From Halobacteriovoraceae bacterium (GTDB lineage: Bacteria > Bdellovibrionota > Bacteriovoracia > Bacteriovoracales > Bacteriovoracaceae), in assembly GCA_963719505.1 (NCBI GenBank), contig CAVRCF010000005.1:1184001-1248000 (forward strand): a stretch of 64,000 bases of DNA, read 5' to 3'. The notes under the pieces are model-generated. The model was not told where the DNA came from, made no database searches, and saw only the letters and a list, made by a program, of their open reading frames with translations. Positions within the stretch are counted from its first letter, which is position 1. Every line of letters begins with the position of its first letter. Positions 20,693 to 30,900 of the stretch are shown piece after piece. The translations under genes were made by a program, and so were the position numbers.

Positions 20693-21598
20693 ATGAGTGA
20701 TGACGCTACATTAGTGATTACTGATATTAAGGCAGCTTTAGCTGCAAGTGATAAAGAGGCTGAGTCAAAGCCGGCGTGTTTACTCGTTGTTGGTGGCGAA
20801 CTAAACGGAGCAATTTTTGATCTTCAAGATGGTGACAATACAGTTGGTAGAAATCCCGATTGTGAAATCCCTCTCGACTTTCAAGGTATATCAAGAAAAC
20901 ACTTTAAGGTTAATGTTAATACAGATGTTGTTAAACTAACAGATCTTGGTTCAAGCAATGGAACTTATGTTAACAATGAAAAAATAAGTGGCGATCTAGA
21001 GCTTAAAAAAGGCGATATGATCAAGATTGGTAGTATGGCGTTAAAGTTTCTTCCAAAAGGTGATACTGAGAGACTAACCTACGACAAACTTCAAGAGGAT
21101 GCCAATACTGATGGCCTTACGAAGTGTTATAACAAAATGTATTTTAACAATAAGTTAGACCTTGAAGTAAAGAAATCAAAAGTTACGGGTAATCCCCTCT
21201 CTCTTGTTATCTTTGACCTAGATCACTTTAAGCACCTCAATGATAATTACGGCCACGATGCAGGAGATTACGTTCTTGCAGAGAAAGCTGATCTTCTACG
21301 AGATAATGGAATTAGAAAAGGTGATACGTTCGCTCGATATGGTGGAGAGGAATTCGTTGTTCTCCTACCAAACACAAATTTAAAACAAGCTTTTGAAATC
21401 GCAGAAAGACTAAGAAAACTTGTGGAAACACATGAGTTCATCTACGACGGAAAAAAACTTCCAGTTACCGCATCGATCGGTGTTGCTGATTATCGTCAGG
21501 GAGTCAACACAGGGACAGATCTTTTCAAAAGAGCGGATTCTGCAGTTTATAAATCCAAAGAAGGCGGAAGAAATCAAGTCAACTTTTATAAAGGATGA
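20693..21598 (+). CDS. FHA-GGDEF diguanylate cyclase (DgcB-like architecture)
   Basis: FHA motifs VGRN, ISRKH, DLGSSNGTYVN; GGEEF active site with RKGD I-site. Confidence 0.9.
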   Translation: MSDDATLVITDIKAALAASDKEAESKPACLLVVGGELNGAIFDLQDGDNTVGRNPDCEIPLDFQGISRKHFKVNVNTDVVKLTDLGSSNGTYVNNEKISGDLELKKGDMIKIGSMALKFLPKGDTERLTYDKLQEDANTDGLTKCYNKMYFNNKLDLEVKKSKVTGNPLSLVIFDLDHFKHLNDNYGHDAGDYVLAEKADLLRDNGIRKGDTFARYGGEEFVVLLPNTNLKQAFEIAERLRKLVETHEFIYDGKKLPVTASIGVADYRQGVNTGTDLFKRADSAVYKSKEGGRNQVNFYKG

Positions 21599-23271
21599 CT
21601 AACATGAGCGACTCGCTCAACACTGACAAAATTAACTTACTTCCTGAACATATCATCGACCAGATTAAAGCTGGTGAAGTCATCGAACGTCCAGCAACTT
21701 TACTAAAAGAGTTGTTGGAAAATTCGGTCGATGCCAAATCAACTAAAATTTCAATTCATATTATCAATATGGGACTTGATTTAATTAGTGTTGAAGATAA
21801 CGGTGTCGGTATCTCTTATGATGACCTTCCCCTAGCCTTCTGTCGTCACGCAACTAGTAAAATTGATAACTTTGAGGACCTCTATAAACTCTACACTTAT
21901 GGTTTTAGAGGGGAAGCTCTTGCAAGTATGGCCTCTGTGTCAAAGGTTACCTGTACATCAAATAAAGCTGATTCACCAAAAGGAACTTTCAAAGTTCACG
22001 GTGGAGAGATATTATCTCAAACCAGAGAAAAAACAATTTTAGGAAAAAGTGGTACAGGAATATTTGTCAAAGACCTCTTCTTTAATACACCTGTTCGAAT
22101 GAAATTTCTTCAATCCCAAACAAGTGAAAGAAATCAATTAAAGAAAATTCTCAATGCTTTTATCCTCACTCATCCCGAGATAGAATTTGCAATAAAGTGG
22201 GATGATGGTTTAAAAGAAGTTTATCCTATTGTCTCTGGTCTTGAAGAGCGTATCAAGAAACTCTTTGAAAAGAAGAGAGACCCACTTGAGCTTATCCATT
22301 TTGAAAGCGAATACGATAATAGTGAAATGGAGATGTATCTTTCTTTGAATTCAAGTAAAGGTCATGCTGGAAAATTTCAATATATTTTTATCAATGGACG
22401 CTATGTTCAAGATATTCAAATACATAAAATCATCTTAAACTCAGCACAGAGTCTGTGGCCTTTTGGACAAAGTGGTAATTATATTGTTTTTCTAAGCATT
22501 GACCCCCATAGACTTGATGTTAATGTTCACCCTAATAAAACTGTCATTAAGCTCTTTGCCGCTAATGCCATTTTTTCATTGATCTCCAGTTCAATTAAAA
22601 GATACCTTCCTAAAAATACTCATACATCTCAGTTCACTCCGTCTCAATCGGATCTTGGTATTGACAGAGATATTAAAAACTTCAAAGACATTAATTATAA
22701 AAGTCAGGATTTTACTAGCTCAAACTCCCTTCAAAACTATTTTGAAGGTTTAGATAATACTGGTCAAACAACAGAGAGTTCTGTCATTTTTAAATTTAAA
22801 GACAAAGATGCTTGTCTCGTTGCTCTTCAAGAAGGGACTTACCTTTTAGACAATAAATTATTTTTTTTCAATATGATTGAGACTCTTTTTAAAAAAGATA
22901 TCAATAGCACTCCAACACCTCTTCTAGTTAGTTCTCCTATCCCATTAGAGAAGAGTCTTAAAAATGAGCGTCTAGAGCAAGTTCAAGCGATGGGTTTTGA
23001 GTTAGATTTTTTTGATAAATCAACTCTTGTCCTCAGGGCTTTTCCCCAGATGATTTCCTCTTTTCCTGTTGAAAAGATTCTCATGATGCTAATTGATCCA
23101 AAAACTTCAATAAAACAAACTGATGTCGTTTTAAATCGAGAAGCACAGATAGATTTTATTCCCAGTATTGGAAACATAGAAGACAGTTTAGAATTGTGCG
23201 GACTCAGCCAAATGACACAAAACCGAGTCATTAAAAAAGTGACAGGTAAAGATATGCTTAAGTTACTATGA
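21595..23271 (+). CDS. mutL: DNA mismatch repair protein MutL
   Basis: IKAGEVIERPA, ENSVDA, RHATSKI, GFRGEALASM, DVNVHPNK; upstream of miaA. Confidence 0.93.
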   Translation: MTNMSDSLNTDKINLLPEHIIDQIKAGEVIERPATLLKELLENSVDAKSTKISIHIINMGLDLISVEDNGVGISYDDLPLAFCRHATSKIDNFEDLYKLYTYGFRGEALASMASVSKVTCTSNKADSPKGTFKVHGGEILSQTREKTILGKSGTGIFVKDLFFNTPVRMKFLQSQTSERNQLKKILNAFILTHPEIEFAIKWDDGLKEVYPIVSGLEERIKKLFEKKRDPLELIHFESEYDNSEMEMYLSLNSSKGHAGKFQYIFINGRYVQDIQIHKIILNSAQSLWPFGQSGNYIVFLSIDPHRLDVNVHPNKTVIKLFAANAIFSLISSSIKRYLPKNTHTSQFTPSQSDLGIDRDIKNFKDINYKSQDFTSSNSLQNYFEGLDNTGQTTESSVIFKFKDKDACLVALQEGTYLLDNKLFFFNMIETLFKKDINSTPTPLLVSSPIPLEKSLKNERLEQVQAMGFELDFFDKSTLVLRAFPQMISSFPVEKILMMLIDPKTSIKQTDVVLNREAQIDFIPSIGNIEDSLELCGLSQMTQNRVIKKVTGKDMLKLL

Positions 23272-24221
23272 AAAATATTATTTGTGTTATTTCGGGACCA
23301 ACGGCAAGCGGCAAGACGAGTACGAGTATAGAGCTTGCCAAGAAATTTGGTGGGGAAATTGTCAATTTCGACTCACTTTTATTTTATCGGGAAATTCATA
23401 TCGGTACCGCAAAGCCCACCGCTGATGAAAGAGGTGATATCATTCATCACTTTGTTGACTGTGCCAGCGTAAACTCACCTATAAATGCAGCGGACTATTC
23501 AAAAATGGCCATAGAGAAAATAAATGAGCTTCACCGTCAAAGTAAGATTGTCTATCTGGTTGGCGGATCAGGCTTTTACTTGCAAGCTGTTCTCAAAGGT
23601 ATGTACGAATCAAAAACAACCCCCAAAAATATTATCGACAGATCCGATATATTATATAGAGACCATGGAATTGATCCTTTTAGAGAGATATTAAAAGAGC
23701 ATGACAGTAAATCATATGATCAATATCACGAAAATGATCACTATAGAATAAGAAGGGCCGTTGAGCATTATTGGAGTAACGGAACCTTATTTTCTGATCA
23801 AAGAGAAAAAATGGATCAAAGAGAAGATGTCTCCCCCCAAGTAGTAAACGAGTGGAATGTCTTCCATGCCCACTTAGACTTAGACAAAGAATCTCACTTC
23901 GATATTATTCAACAAAGAACCAAAAAGATGTTGGATGATGGTCTACTAGAAGAAGTCGAAGATCTTATAAGTGAGGGCTTTACAGGTGCCGAGAAACCTC
24001 TAAAATCAATTGGCTATAAGGAATGCTTTGGTTATAAATCCGGAATTTTCAAGGACCGCCAGGAACTTGAGGAGCGAATTAATATATCCACTAGGCAATT
24101 AGCAAAAGCACAAAGGACTTGGTTTAAAAAAGTAGACAAGTCGACATATAACCCCCTCTTTGATAAATTAGAATTAGAAGAAGATTTTAAGACTTTTATA
24201 GGAGTCAATAGTGACAATTGA
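23268..24221 (+). CDS. miaA: tRNA dimethylallyltransferase
   Basis: GPTASGKT, IGTAKP, VGGSGFY, SIGYKE, TRQLAKAQRTWF. Confidence 0.95.
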   Translation: MKNIICVISGPTASGKTSTSIELAKKFGGEIVNFDSLLFYREIHIGTAKPTADERGDIIHHFVDCASVNSPINAADYSKMAIEKINELHRQSKIVYLVGGSGFYLQAVLKGMYESKTTPKNIIDRSDILYRDHGIDPFREILKEHDSKSYDQYHENDHYRIRRAVEHYWSNGTLFSDQREKMDQREDVSPQVVNEWNVFHAHLDLDKESHFDIIQQRTKKMLDDGLLEEVEDLISEGFTGAEKPLKSIGYKECFGYKSGIFKDRQELEERINISTRQLAKAQRTWFKKVDKSTYNPLFDKLELEEDFKTFIGVNSDN

Positions 24222-25083
24222 ACAAAAGAAAAATTTGAAAGTTATCGTTATATCTGATGGTACCGGAGAGACAGCGACAGAAATGACCAGAGCAGCAGTT
24301 GCTCAATTTCCAGACAAAGAGATTTTTTTTACACGTTATAAAAATGTAAGAACAAAGGATCATATTGAGGCGATCTTTCAAGAAGCAGTTCTTCATCATG
24401 ATATGATTGTCTACACTATCGTTTCTAAAGAGCTTAGACTCTTTGTTCAAAAGCTGAGTAAAGAACAAAAAGTTCGATCAACAGATCTATTAGGTCCTCT
24501 TCTTCAAAGTTTTTCAAATGTTTTTGAAATGGAACCTGACTACCAACCTGGACTTCTCCACGCAGTCAATGATGAATACTTTAGAAAAGTTGCCGCTGTA
24601 GAATTCACTCTTAATCACGATGATGGTCGAAATATTAAAACGTTGGAAGAAGCCGATGTTATTTTACTAGGCATTTCTAGAACCTCTAAAACTCCTTTGT
24701 CTATTTACCTCTCTTTAGAAGGAATAAAAGTTGTTAATGTTCCTATTATTATGAATATGCCACTACCTGAAAAAATCTTTGATATAGATCAAAGAAAGAT
24801 CTTTGGTCTCACCATTGATCCGGCAGCTTTACATGAGATACGTAAAAATAGACTCTCAAGACTTGGAGCCGTCAAAGAAGGTGATTATGCTGATATCAAG
24901 AAAGTTTCAGAGGAAATAGAGTGGGCCAATTCACTTTTTGCTGAAAATAAAAGATGGCCTATTTTCAATGTTACTGGAAAAGCGCTAGAAGAAACTGCAG
25001 CAGAAATAACAAAGCTTCTCAATATGCGTAAAGAAAATCGCTTTAAGCATAAGAAACGCTTTGAGAAAAAACCCAAAGCGTAG
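24211..25083 (+). CDS. ppsR: PEP synthase / pyruvate phosphate dikinase regulatory kinase-pyrophosphorylase (DUF299)
   Basis: ISDGTGETA, HDDG, GISRTSKTPLSIYL, KALEETA. Confidence 0.9.
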   Translation: MTIEQKKNLKVIVISDGTGETATEMTRAAVAQFPDKEIFFTRYKNVRTKDHIEAIFQEAVLHHDMIVYTIVSKELRLFVQKLSKEQKVRSTDLLGPLLQSFSNVFEMEPDYQPGLLHAVNDEYFRKVAAVEFTLNHDDGRNIKTLEEADVILLGISRTSKTPLSIYLSLEGIKVVNVPIIMNMPLPEKIFDIDQRKIFGLTIDPAALHEIRKNRLSRLGAVKEGDYADIKKVSEEIEWANSLFAENKRWPIFNVTGKALEETAAEITKLLNMRKENRFKHKKRFEKKPKA

Positions 25084-25095
25084 ATGACTAAGCCG

Positions 25096-27015
25096 TTACT
25101 CTAAGAATAGTTTTTTATTTTCTTCTATAACAAACTTCACACTTCTTTCTGTTCCCAGTAGTGGATTTGCGATGACACCTTTGTACGCACCAGCTGGTAC
25201 TCTATAGTTGTCAATTGGTAGATCTCTTTCGACTTTATCTCCGTCGATATAGAAAATAATTTTTGAACCAGAAGTAAAGTTTCTTGAAGTACTAAGTAAA
25301 CCTATTCTTTCTCTTTCTAAAGCTGGAACGTTGACGTTAACTTGTTGCTTAGTAGTATCAAGTCTAATCGCTTTATGAACATATTTTTTATAGCCAGATT
25401 TTTTAATCGTAACTTCTAATTTCTTATGCAGAGGGACCTTGATCGCGATACCATCAAGTTCCATTTTTCTACCGTTAACAAAGACTTCCATATCAAAATC
25501 ATAATTAGAGAATGTAATTGATCCTTGATCTCCCTGACTCGCCTTCGCTTGTCCTGGGTTTTGTCCCGAAACAGAGCTTGTTTTTCGACTTCCACCAAAG
25601 CTATCGCCAAGAATGTCTTTTACAACATCTTGCTGTGTATAGAGAAATCCGAAAACAAGAACTGAAGCAATCGCCCCATAGACCATATTATTTGATTTTT
25701 TCGGAGCAACTTGTTTAGAAGAACTCGTTCTCGTTCGAGTCGATGCGGTTCTTCTGACACTTCTTGTTGTGGTTGCACTTTTTCTCGCTTGAGTCTTACC
25801 TGTTGTTGCTCTTCTTCCAACTTTCTTCGTTTGAGTTGCACCATTTCGAACCTTAGTTGAAGTGGCATTGGCTCTTGTATCGAGAAGAAGTGTCTCCGAT
25901 GCATCAATATTTTTTGTGTCTCCAAAGTCTAGAACAATTTTCGACTTTGTTAAACTTTTTGAATCAGCAACGGCATTAGACCCTGATCGAGACTCTCCAT
26001 TAGCAGCATCATCTTTTATCTCTGCCAAGTATGGAGTAATATCGATCTTTCCATAGTTAACAAATTTCTTTTTATCTGATGTAATCTCTTCTGCAAATAG
26101 TTGTTCTGCAAAAGAATTTAAATCTGTTGGGTTAAAGTCTGGATAATTTTGATAAAGAAACTTAACAAGAGCTCTGTTAAATTTATCCATATCTTCATAA
26201 CGCCCACTTCTATCTTTAGAAAGAGCTTTAAGAACAATTGCGTCTAATTCTTTTGGAATATGAGGGTTGAACTTTGATGGTGGTGGAATTTTACAGGCTT
26301 GAATCTGCTTTAAAACCGCAAGATCGTTATTCGCCGTAAAAAGTTTTCTTCCCGTCAACATTTCCCACAAAGTAATACCAACAGCGAATTCATCATAGCG
26401 AGGGTCTAAATCTAACCCATCGAGATACTCTGGTGCTAAGTAAGAGAGTTTCCCCTTGATCGTTCCCGCTTGAGTGGCTTCAGAGTTTGAATCAGCTTTA
26501 GCGATACCAAAGTCAATAACTTTAACTGCTCCGTCATAAGTTAACATTATATTATGAGGAGAAATATCTCTATGAATAATATTAAAAGGTTTCCCCGTCA
26601 ATTTGTCTGTGAATGTATGAGCATAATGAAGCGCCTGACAAACCTGAGAGATAATATAAACAGAGATTTCCTCAGGAAAAACACACTTTCTCTCTTTAAG
26701 TCTATCAAGGTATTGTTTTAAGTTTGCACCATCAACGTATTCCATTGCTGTAAAGAGTTGAGCGTTTACCATTCCATAGTCGTACATTTGCACAATATTA
26801 GGGTGAAGAAGACCAAACGTTACATTTATCTCATCTTCAAACATTTGAACAAATGAAGGGTCTTTAGAAAACTGCTGTTGAACCATCTTTATGGCCACAA
26901 TCTTATTTGCTTGCTCACCTAAATAACGGGCCCGACAAATTTTTGCCATACCACCGTCAACTAAATGATCTAGGATAAGATACTTTCCAAATCTTTCAAA
27001 TTTATTTTCGCTCAT
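25096..27015 (-). CDS. Hanks-type Ser/Thr protein kinase with TM helix and extracytoplasmic PEGA-like domain
   Basis: GGMA, VAIK, HRDISPHN, DFGIAK, GKLSYLAPE; Thr/Arg-rich linker; TM near aa 445. Confidence 0.92.
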   Translation of the reverse strand: MSENKFERFGKYLILDHLVDGGMAKICRARYLGEQANKIVAIKMVQQQFSKDPSFVQMFEDEINVTFGLLHPNIVQMYDYGMVNAQLFTAMEYVDGANLKQYLDRLKERKCVFPEEISVYIISQVCQALHYAHTFTDKLTGKPFNIIHRDISPHNIMLTYDGAVKVIDFGIAKADSNSEATQAGTIKGKLSYLAPEYLDGLDLDPRYDEFAVGITLWEMLTGRKLFTANNDLAVLKQIQACKIPPPSKFNPHIPKELDAIVLKALSKDRSGRYEDMDKFNRALVKFLYQNYPDFNPTDLNSFAEQLFAEEITSDKKKFVNYGKIDITPYLAEIKDDAANGESRSGSNAVADSKSLTKSKIVLDFGDTKNIDASETLLLDTRANATSTKVRNGATQTKKVGRRATTGKTQARKSATTTRSVRRTASTRTRTSSSKQVAPKKSNNMVYGAIASVLVFGFLYTQQDVVKDILGDSFGGSRKTSSVSGQNPGQAKASQGDQGSITFSNYDFDMEVFVNGRKMELDGIAIKVPLHKKLEVTIKKSGYKKYVHKAIRLDTTKQQVNVNVPALERERIGLLSTSRNFTSGSKIIFYIDGDKVERDLPIDNYRVPAGAYKGVIANPLLGTERSVKFVIEENKKLFLE

Positions 27016-27032
27016 ATTAAAACCTCAAGAAC

Positions 27033-27060
27033 TTATCGACCAATTTTAGGTTTTCCTTAA
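27033..27060 (-). promoter_or_regulatory. Putative sigma28-type promoter (proximal) of the kinase
   Basis: Minus strand TTAAGGAA-N12-GTCGATAA. Confidence 0.55.
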
Positions 27061-27106
27061 TAGGAATAGAGGACTTTTTTTATATTAACATGATTCTGGA
27101 GTAAAA

Positions 27107-27134
27107 TTATCGGCTTAGAGCAGATCAACCTTTG
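27107..27134 (-). promoter_or_regulatory. Putative sigma28-type promoter (distal) of the kinase
   Basis: Minus strand CAAAGGTT-N12-GCCGATAA (perfect -10 element). Confidence 0.6.
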
Positions 27135-27645
27135 TAAAACCAGGAATTGTCGTCCAAATAGATTTTATTTCTGGAACGGTACTGGATGCACAAAAGCCTG
27201 TAACCTTGTGATTTTCAAAGTTCATTTCGTTAACTGTAACATGAGCTTGAATATTGGCCTTAAATTTAGGGATGTTTATTTCTCGAAGCCCGGCCTCTTT
27301 AAGAGCCCCCGTTAACTTCACTCGAGACAGAGTCCGAAAGTTGTTTGTATACAAAAGTGCCACATAAAATTGACTGCAACTATTTAAAAGTTCATCCTTA
27401 CTAGTGCCTAACCACCTTGAAAAAGGAGACTTTTCATCAAGTTTAACTAGGAGTATATCTGCTGATAGTTTCGCTTTTTGATACCATGATGTTCTCTTAA
27501 AGATGAGTGAATCATCCCACTTTCCATCTTTATCTACCCCACCAACAAAAGCGATATTCTCTTTTACCACCTTATTTGTCTCCACCATTGATGCACAACC
27601 AAAACCCACAATTGAAATGAGGATGAGTGATAGATATTTTTTCAT
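27115..27645 (-). CDS. Hypothetical lipoprotein
   Basis: Lipobox-like GFGC after hydrophobic stretch; ATGA overlap with upstream hydrolase. Confidence 0.75.
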   Translation of the reverse strand: MKKYLSLILISIVGFGCASMVETNKVVKENIAFVGGVDKDGKWDDSLIFKRTSWYQKAKLSADILLVKLDEKSPFSRWLGTSKDELLNSCSQFYVALLYTNNFRTLSRVKLTGALKEAGLREINIPKFKANIQAHVTVNEMNFENHKVTGFCASSTVPEIKSIWTTIPGFTKVDLL

Positions 27646-28550
27646 TTTTTCTCCCAGGTTTTATTTTTTATATAATGACTAATTTCTTTGAACGCTTGTG
27701 ATCTGTCTTTGTCGTTTAATAAATCGTGCTTTGAATTAGGATACAAAGAGACTTTTGTTTTTGTTTTATCAAGTCCACTTATGAACAACTTCGTCTTCTC
27801 ATTATCAACTATAGAGTCATCCCCTGACAATAAAAAGAAAAAGGGATTTTTTAAATAATATGAATAAGGTGTAATTGTTTTGCTCGTTTTTAAAATTTCA
27901 AGACCTAGCTTCATTGTCATAAATTTAGAGTTCAGAGGATCGTGATTAAAGGCAATTGCTCTTTCTCTATCCCCGGTTAAGTCAAAACCATCGTACAGAG
28001 AAGGAAGTCTGAGTTTTCCAAGCTTTGAAGAAAAAAGAAGACTCAAATTACTTAAGAAGGGAGGCAGGTCTATTTTGGGCTTGATGCAAGGATTAGTCAA
28101 AATAACTGACGATACCTTAAATGGAATTTGATCTGCTTTATCAACAAGAGTCTTTATAAGAACCATTCCCCCTAGACTATGACCAATGAAATGTGTTTCG
28201 ACCTCGTGTTCACTATAGAGGTGGTGAAAAAGTCTCGTAAACTTCAAGAAGTCCTCTACAAAATAGTCAAATTTTTCTATATAGGCACGAGAGCCTCCAC
28301 TTAGGCCATGGCCAACTAAATCCATCGAAGAGATAACGACACTTTTACCTATGGTATCTCTTAAGTGATCAAAGAGTTCATTGTGTCTTTTGTGGTATTC
28401 GACAGCTCCGTGTTGAAAAATGATATGGATTATTTTTTTTGGAAGCTTTGTCTTAGGGTAAAGAGTTTTTGTAAAGCAATGAGCTTTTCCTTGAGATGAT
28501 TCAAAGTTTGAATCGACTACGCGGTGGAGCTCATGTGCAGACTTTGTCAT
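27642..28550 (-). CDS. Alpha/beta hydrolase, lysophospholipase/monoacylglycerol lipase-like
   Basis: QHGAVEY, DLVGHGLS, GHSLGG nucleophile elbow, DDSIV, KHDLL. Confidence 0.88.
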   Translation of the reverse strand: MTKSAHELHRVVDSNFESSQGKAHCFTKTLYPKTKLPKKIIHIIFQHGAVEYHKRHNELFDHLRDTIGKSVVISSMDLVGHGLSGGSRAYIEKFDYFVEDFLKFTRLFHHLYSEHEVETHFIGHSLGGMVLIKTLVDKADQIPFKVSSVILTNPCIKPKIDLPPFLSNLSLLFSSKLGKLRLPSLYDGFDLTGDRERAIAFNHDPLNSKFMTMKLGLEILKTSKTITPYSYYLKNPFFFLLSGDDSIVDNEKTKLFISGLDKTKTKVSLYPNSKHDLLNDKDRSQAFKEISHYIKNKTWEKK

Positions 28551-28553
28551 TTT

Positions 28554-29324
28554 CTATTCTTTTATATACGAGTTAATAGCTGAAACTGCTTCCTCTCCAA
28601 GATCGTGAAACCTAAAAGAGAAGCCCTGACCGCCTTCGAGAAGTCGCACAATTTTTCCAGAAGCCACAAAACTGTGCTCACTTGTTTCCGGATGCACATT
28701 GATATCGATACTCTCCCCGACATTACCTGGAAACTGATCGATAAGCACCTGCATTCCGCCTACCGAGACATCTCTGCATATTCCTTCAAAAACCTTTTGA
28801 TTATTCTGGATAAACATTCTTGCTATAAATGGTTTTCTCTTAAAAGCTCTTTTATCTTCCTCATTTATTTCAGGAGGAAGTTCATCGAAGGTTTGCTCAA
28901 AGTCTTCAAATTCTGAAATAAGAGACCAATTGTTTTGACCGGTTGAAAAAATAAACGTTTTAGCGTTGATTCTATTTTCTTTGTAGAGTTTTAAAAGTGT
29001 TTCTAATGAAAAGGGTCCATACTCAATTTCTTCCGCGCCTCTATCAGCACCAATTTTTATATAGTAAAGTTTATCTGTACGGCTCTTTGATGAAAACTTT
29101 AACTCTGTTATAGGCGCAGGAATATCAAGCTTTGGTGGATTTGAAGGCGCTTGCTGACTCTTTTTAGAAAAATCTGACACCTCTGTGATCTTCATCCAGT
29201 TATCAAAGCCTTTTTGCCAAACGTAGTCCTCTTCTTTAATAATATTGTCATTATAAAGCTCTTGAACGGTTTCTTTTGTTACTGGTCCTTGTCTTTCACC
29301 ATTTAAAACATAATACCAACTCAT
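28554..29324 (-). CDS. Tandem GYF_2 domains plus PilZ c-di-GMP receptor
   Basis: WYY..NGERQGP...VWQKGFDNW; second YGPFS repeat; PilZ RxxxR (RAFKR) and DVSVGG. Confidence 0.85.
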   Translation of the reverse strand: MSWYYVLNGERQGPVTKETVQELYNDNIIKEEDYVWQKGFDNWMKITEVSDFSKKSQQAPSNPPKLDIPAPITELKFSSKSRTDKLYYIKIGADRGAEEIEYGPFSLETLLKLYKENRINAKTFIFSTGQNNWSLISEFEDFEQTFDELPPEINEEDKRAFKRKPFIARMFIQNNQKVFEGICRDVSVGGMQVLIDQFPGNVGESIDINVHPETSEHSFVASGKIVRLLEGGQGFSFRFHDLGEEAVSAINSYIKE

Positions 29325-29422
29325 AAATCTAAACCCTTATTTAAACAATTTTTCTTAACCTTATTTTACAATGCTTTTAATAACTTAGAGCCTTTATGGC
29401 AGTATTTTCCCTAATAAACCAT

Positions 29423-29450
29423 TAAAGTTTTGGATTTATAAAACCGACTA
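29423..29450 (+). promoter_or_regulatory. Putative sigma28-type promoter
   Basis: TAAAGTTT-N12-ACCGACTA. Confidence 0.55.
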
Positions 29451-29484
29451 GTCTTATGGAGTTATTCTTATTTAAGGATTTTTT

Positions 29485-30900
29485 ATGAAAAGAGTATTTA
29501 TATTTCTTCTGATCACCCTTCTTTCTGTATCATGCGGAGAGGAGATTTTGACTCAGGGAACATTGAGTGAAGACTTTACAGCAAGTGATCTTCAAGGGTT
29601 TGAGCTGAACACCTGCTCTCAAATGACCTTTGAAAAACCTCCTGTGGATATCCTTTTCGTTATCGATAACTCGGGAAGTTCCCTGCTTCCAAGTTTTAAT
29701 AATATTAAACAACAAATAAGAAATACCGTTAATACCATATCAAATGAGTTTGATTTTCATATTTATGTTGCTCCTTTGATTCCACTTCAGGGAGAATCCC
29801 TGACTCAATATCAAACTGTCGTAAGTGATCCTTCAACGCTACCAAATCAATCCTCTGTTAATATTGTCAGCATTGAAAATCTATCGCTTTTTGCAACTGC
29901 GACAGGAAATAATGATGAGCATGGGATAAGCAGAGCTTTAGATCTTATCAACGGAAACAGAACAAACGGTATTTTTAGACAGAAAGCAAATACAATTATT
30001 GTCACCATCTCTAATGGTGATGACACTGAGGCGATTACGACAGTTCAAGGTAACTCATACTTTGATCCCAATAAATTTAATCAATTAAAAAACTCTGTTA
30101 AAAGTTTAAGTGCTAAGTTTAACCCTTCAAATAGTGGACTCCAAGCTGAGTCTCTGAGATATATCACTCTTGTTTCTCACACCAACTGCAATGGATGGAA
30201 GCCAGGGGTTATTTACAAAAAGATGAGTAATGAGATTTATTCTGAAATGGGAAATACTGATGATCCATCTCAAAGAGACAGTAAAGACCTCTGCTCAGGA
30301 AACTACGCAAACCTTTTTGCATCAATCAATAATAGTATTAAAGCTGTTGTCGTTGGTCACAAGTATGACCACTGGAAAATTAGTAATGCTGGTCCAACAG
30401 CGATTCAAGATGATGATATAACAGTGACGAGAGTTAGCCCAAGCGGAGCAACTCAAAACATACAAGCCGGTACAACCAATGGATTTGAATACTTAGGTTA
30501 CAGATCTGGACAAAATACACGTTTCGAACCAACAATTGGTGAGCCTAAAACTGGTCTTATGATCAAGCTCAATGGTTCAGCGCAAGTTAGCTACCCAGAC
30601 TGTATTATCGCAAAGACGAGAACTCCAACAGAATACTTTGGATACCTAGCTCTTCCAAGAGAGCCACAAGCGGGATCAATTAAAGTTATAATCAGAGGAC
30701 AAGAGTATTCACAAAACTCGACAAATGGTTGGGGCTATATAGGATACTTAGAAACTAAGAATATAAAGGTTCCTGGACCAACTGGAGCGAGTACAAATCC
30801 TCCACTTAATAAAACAGGATACTTCGTTCAGCTTTTCGGTGATGCTATTTTCACTAACGGTGATTCGATAGAAGTTTATTATAAGCCAGCTTCTTTATAG
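29485..30900 (+). CDS. Lipoprotein with vWA-like (MIDAS) domain
   Basis: LSVSC lipobox; VDILFVIDNSGS DxSxS MIDAS; ISNGDD. Confidence 0.75.
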   Translation: MKRVFIFLLITLLSVSCGEEILTQGTLSEDFTASDLQGFELNTCSQMTFEKPPVDILFVIDNSGSSLLPSFNNIKQQIRNTVNTISNEFDFHIYVAPLIPLQGESLTQYQTVVSDPSTLPNQSSVNIVSIENLSLFATATGNNDEHGISRALDLINGNRTNGIFRQKANTIIVTISNGDDTEAITTVQGNSYFDPNKFNQLKNSVKSLSAKFNPSNSGLQAESLRYITLVSHTNCNGWKPGVIYKKMSNEIYSEMGNTDDPSQRDSKDLCSGNYANLFASINNSIKAVVVGHKYDHWKISNAGPTAIQDDDITVTRVSPSGATQNIQAGTTNGFEYLGYRSGQNTRFEPTIGEPKTGLMIKLNGSAQVSYPDCIIAKTRTPTEYFGYLALPREPQAGSIKVIIRGQEYSQNSTNGWGYIGYLETKNIKVPGPTGASTNPPLNKTGYFVQLFGDAIFTNGDSIEVYYKPASL

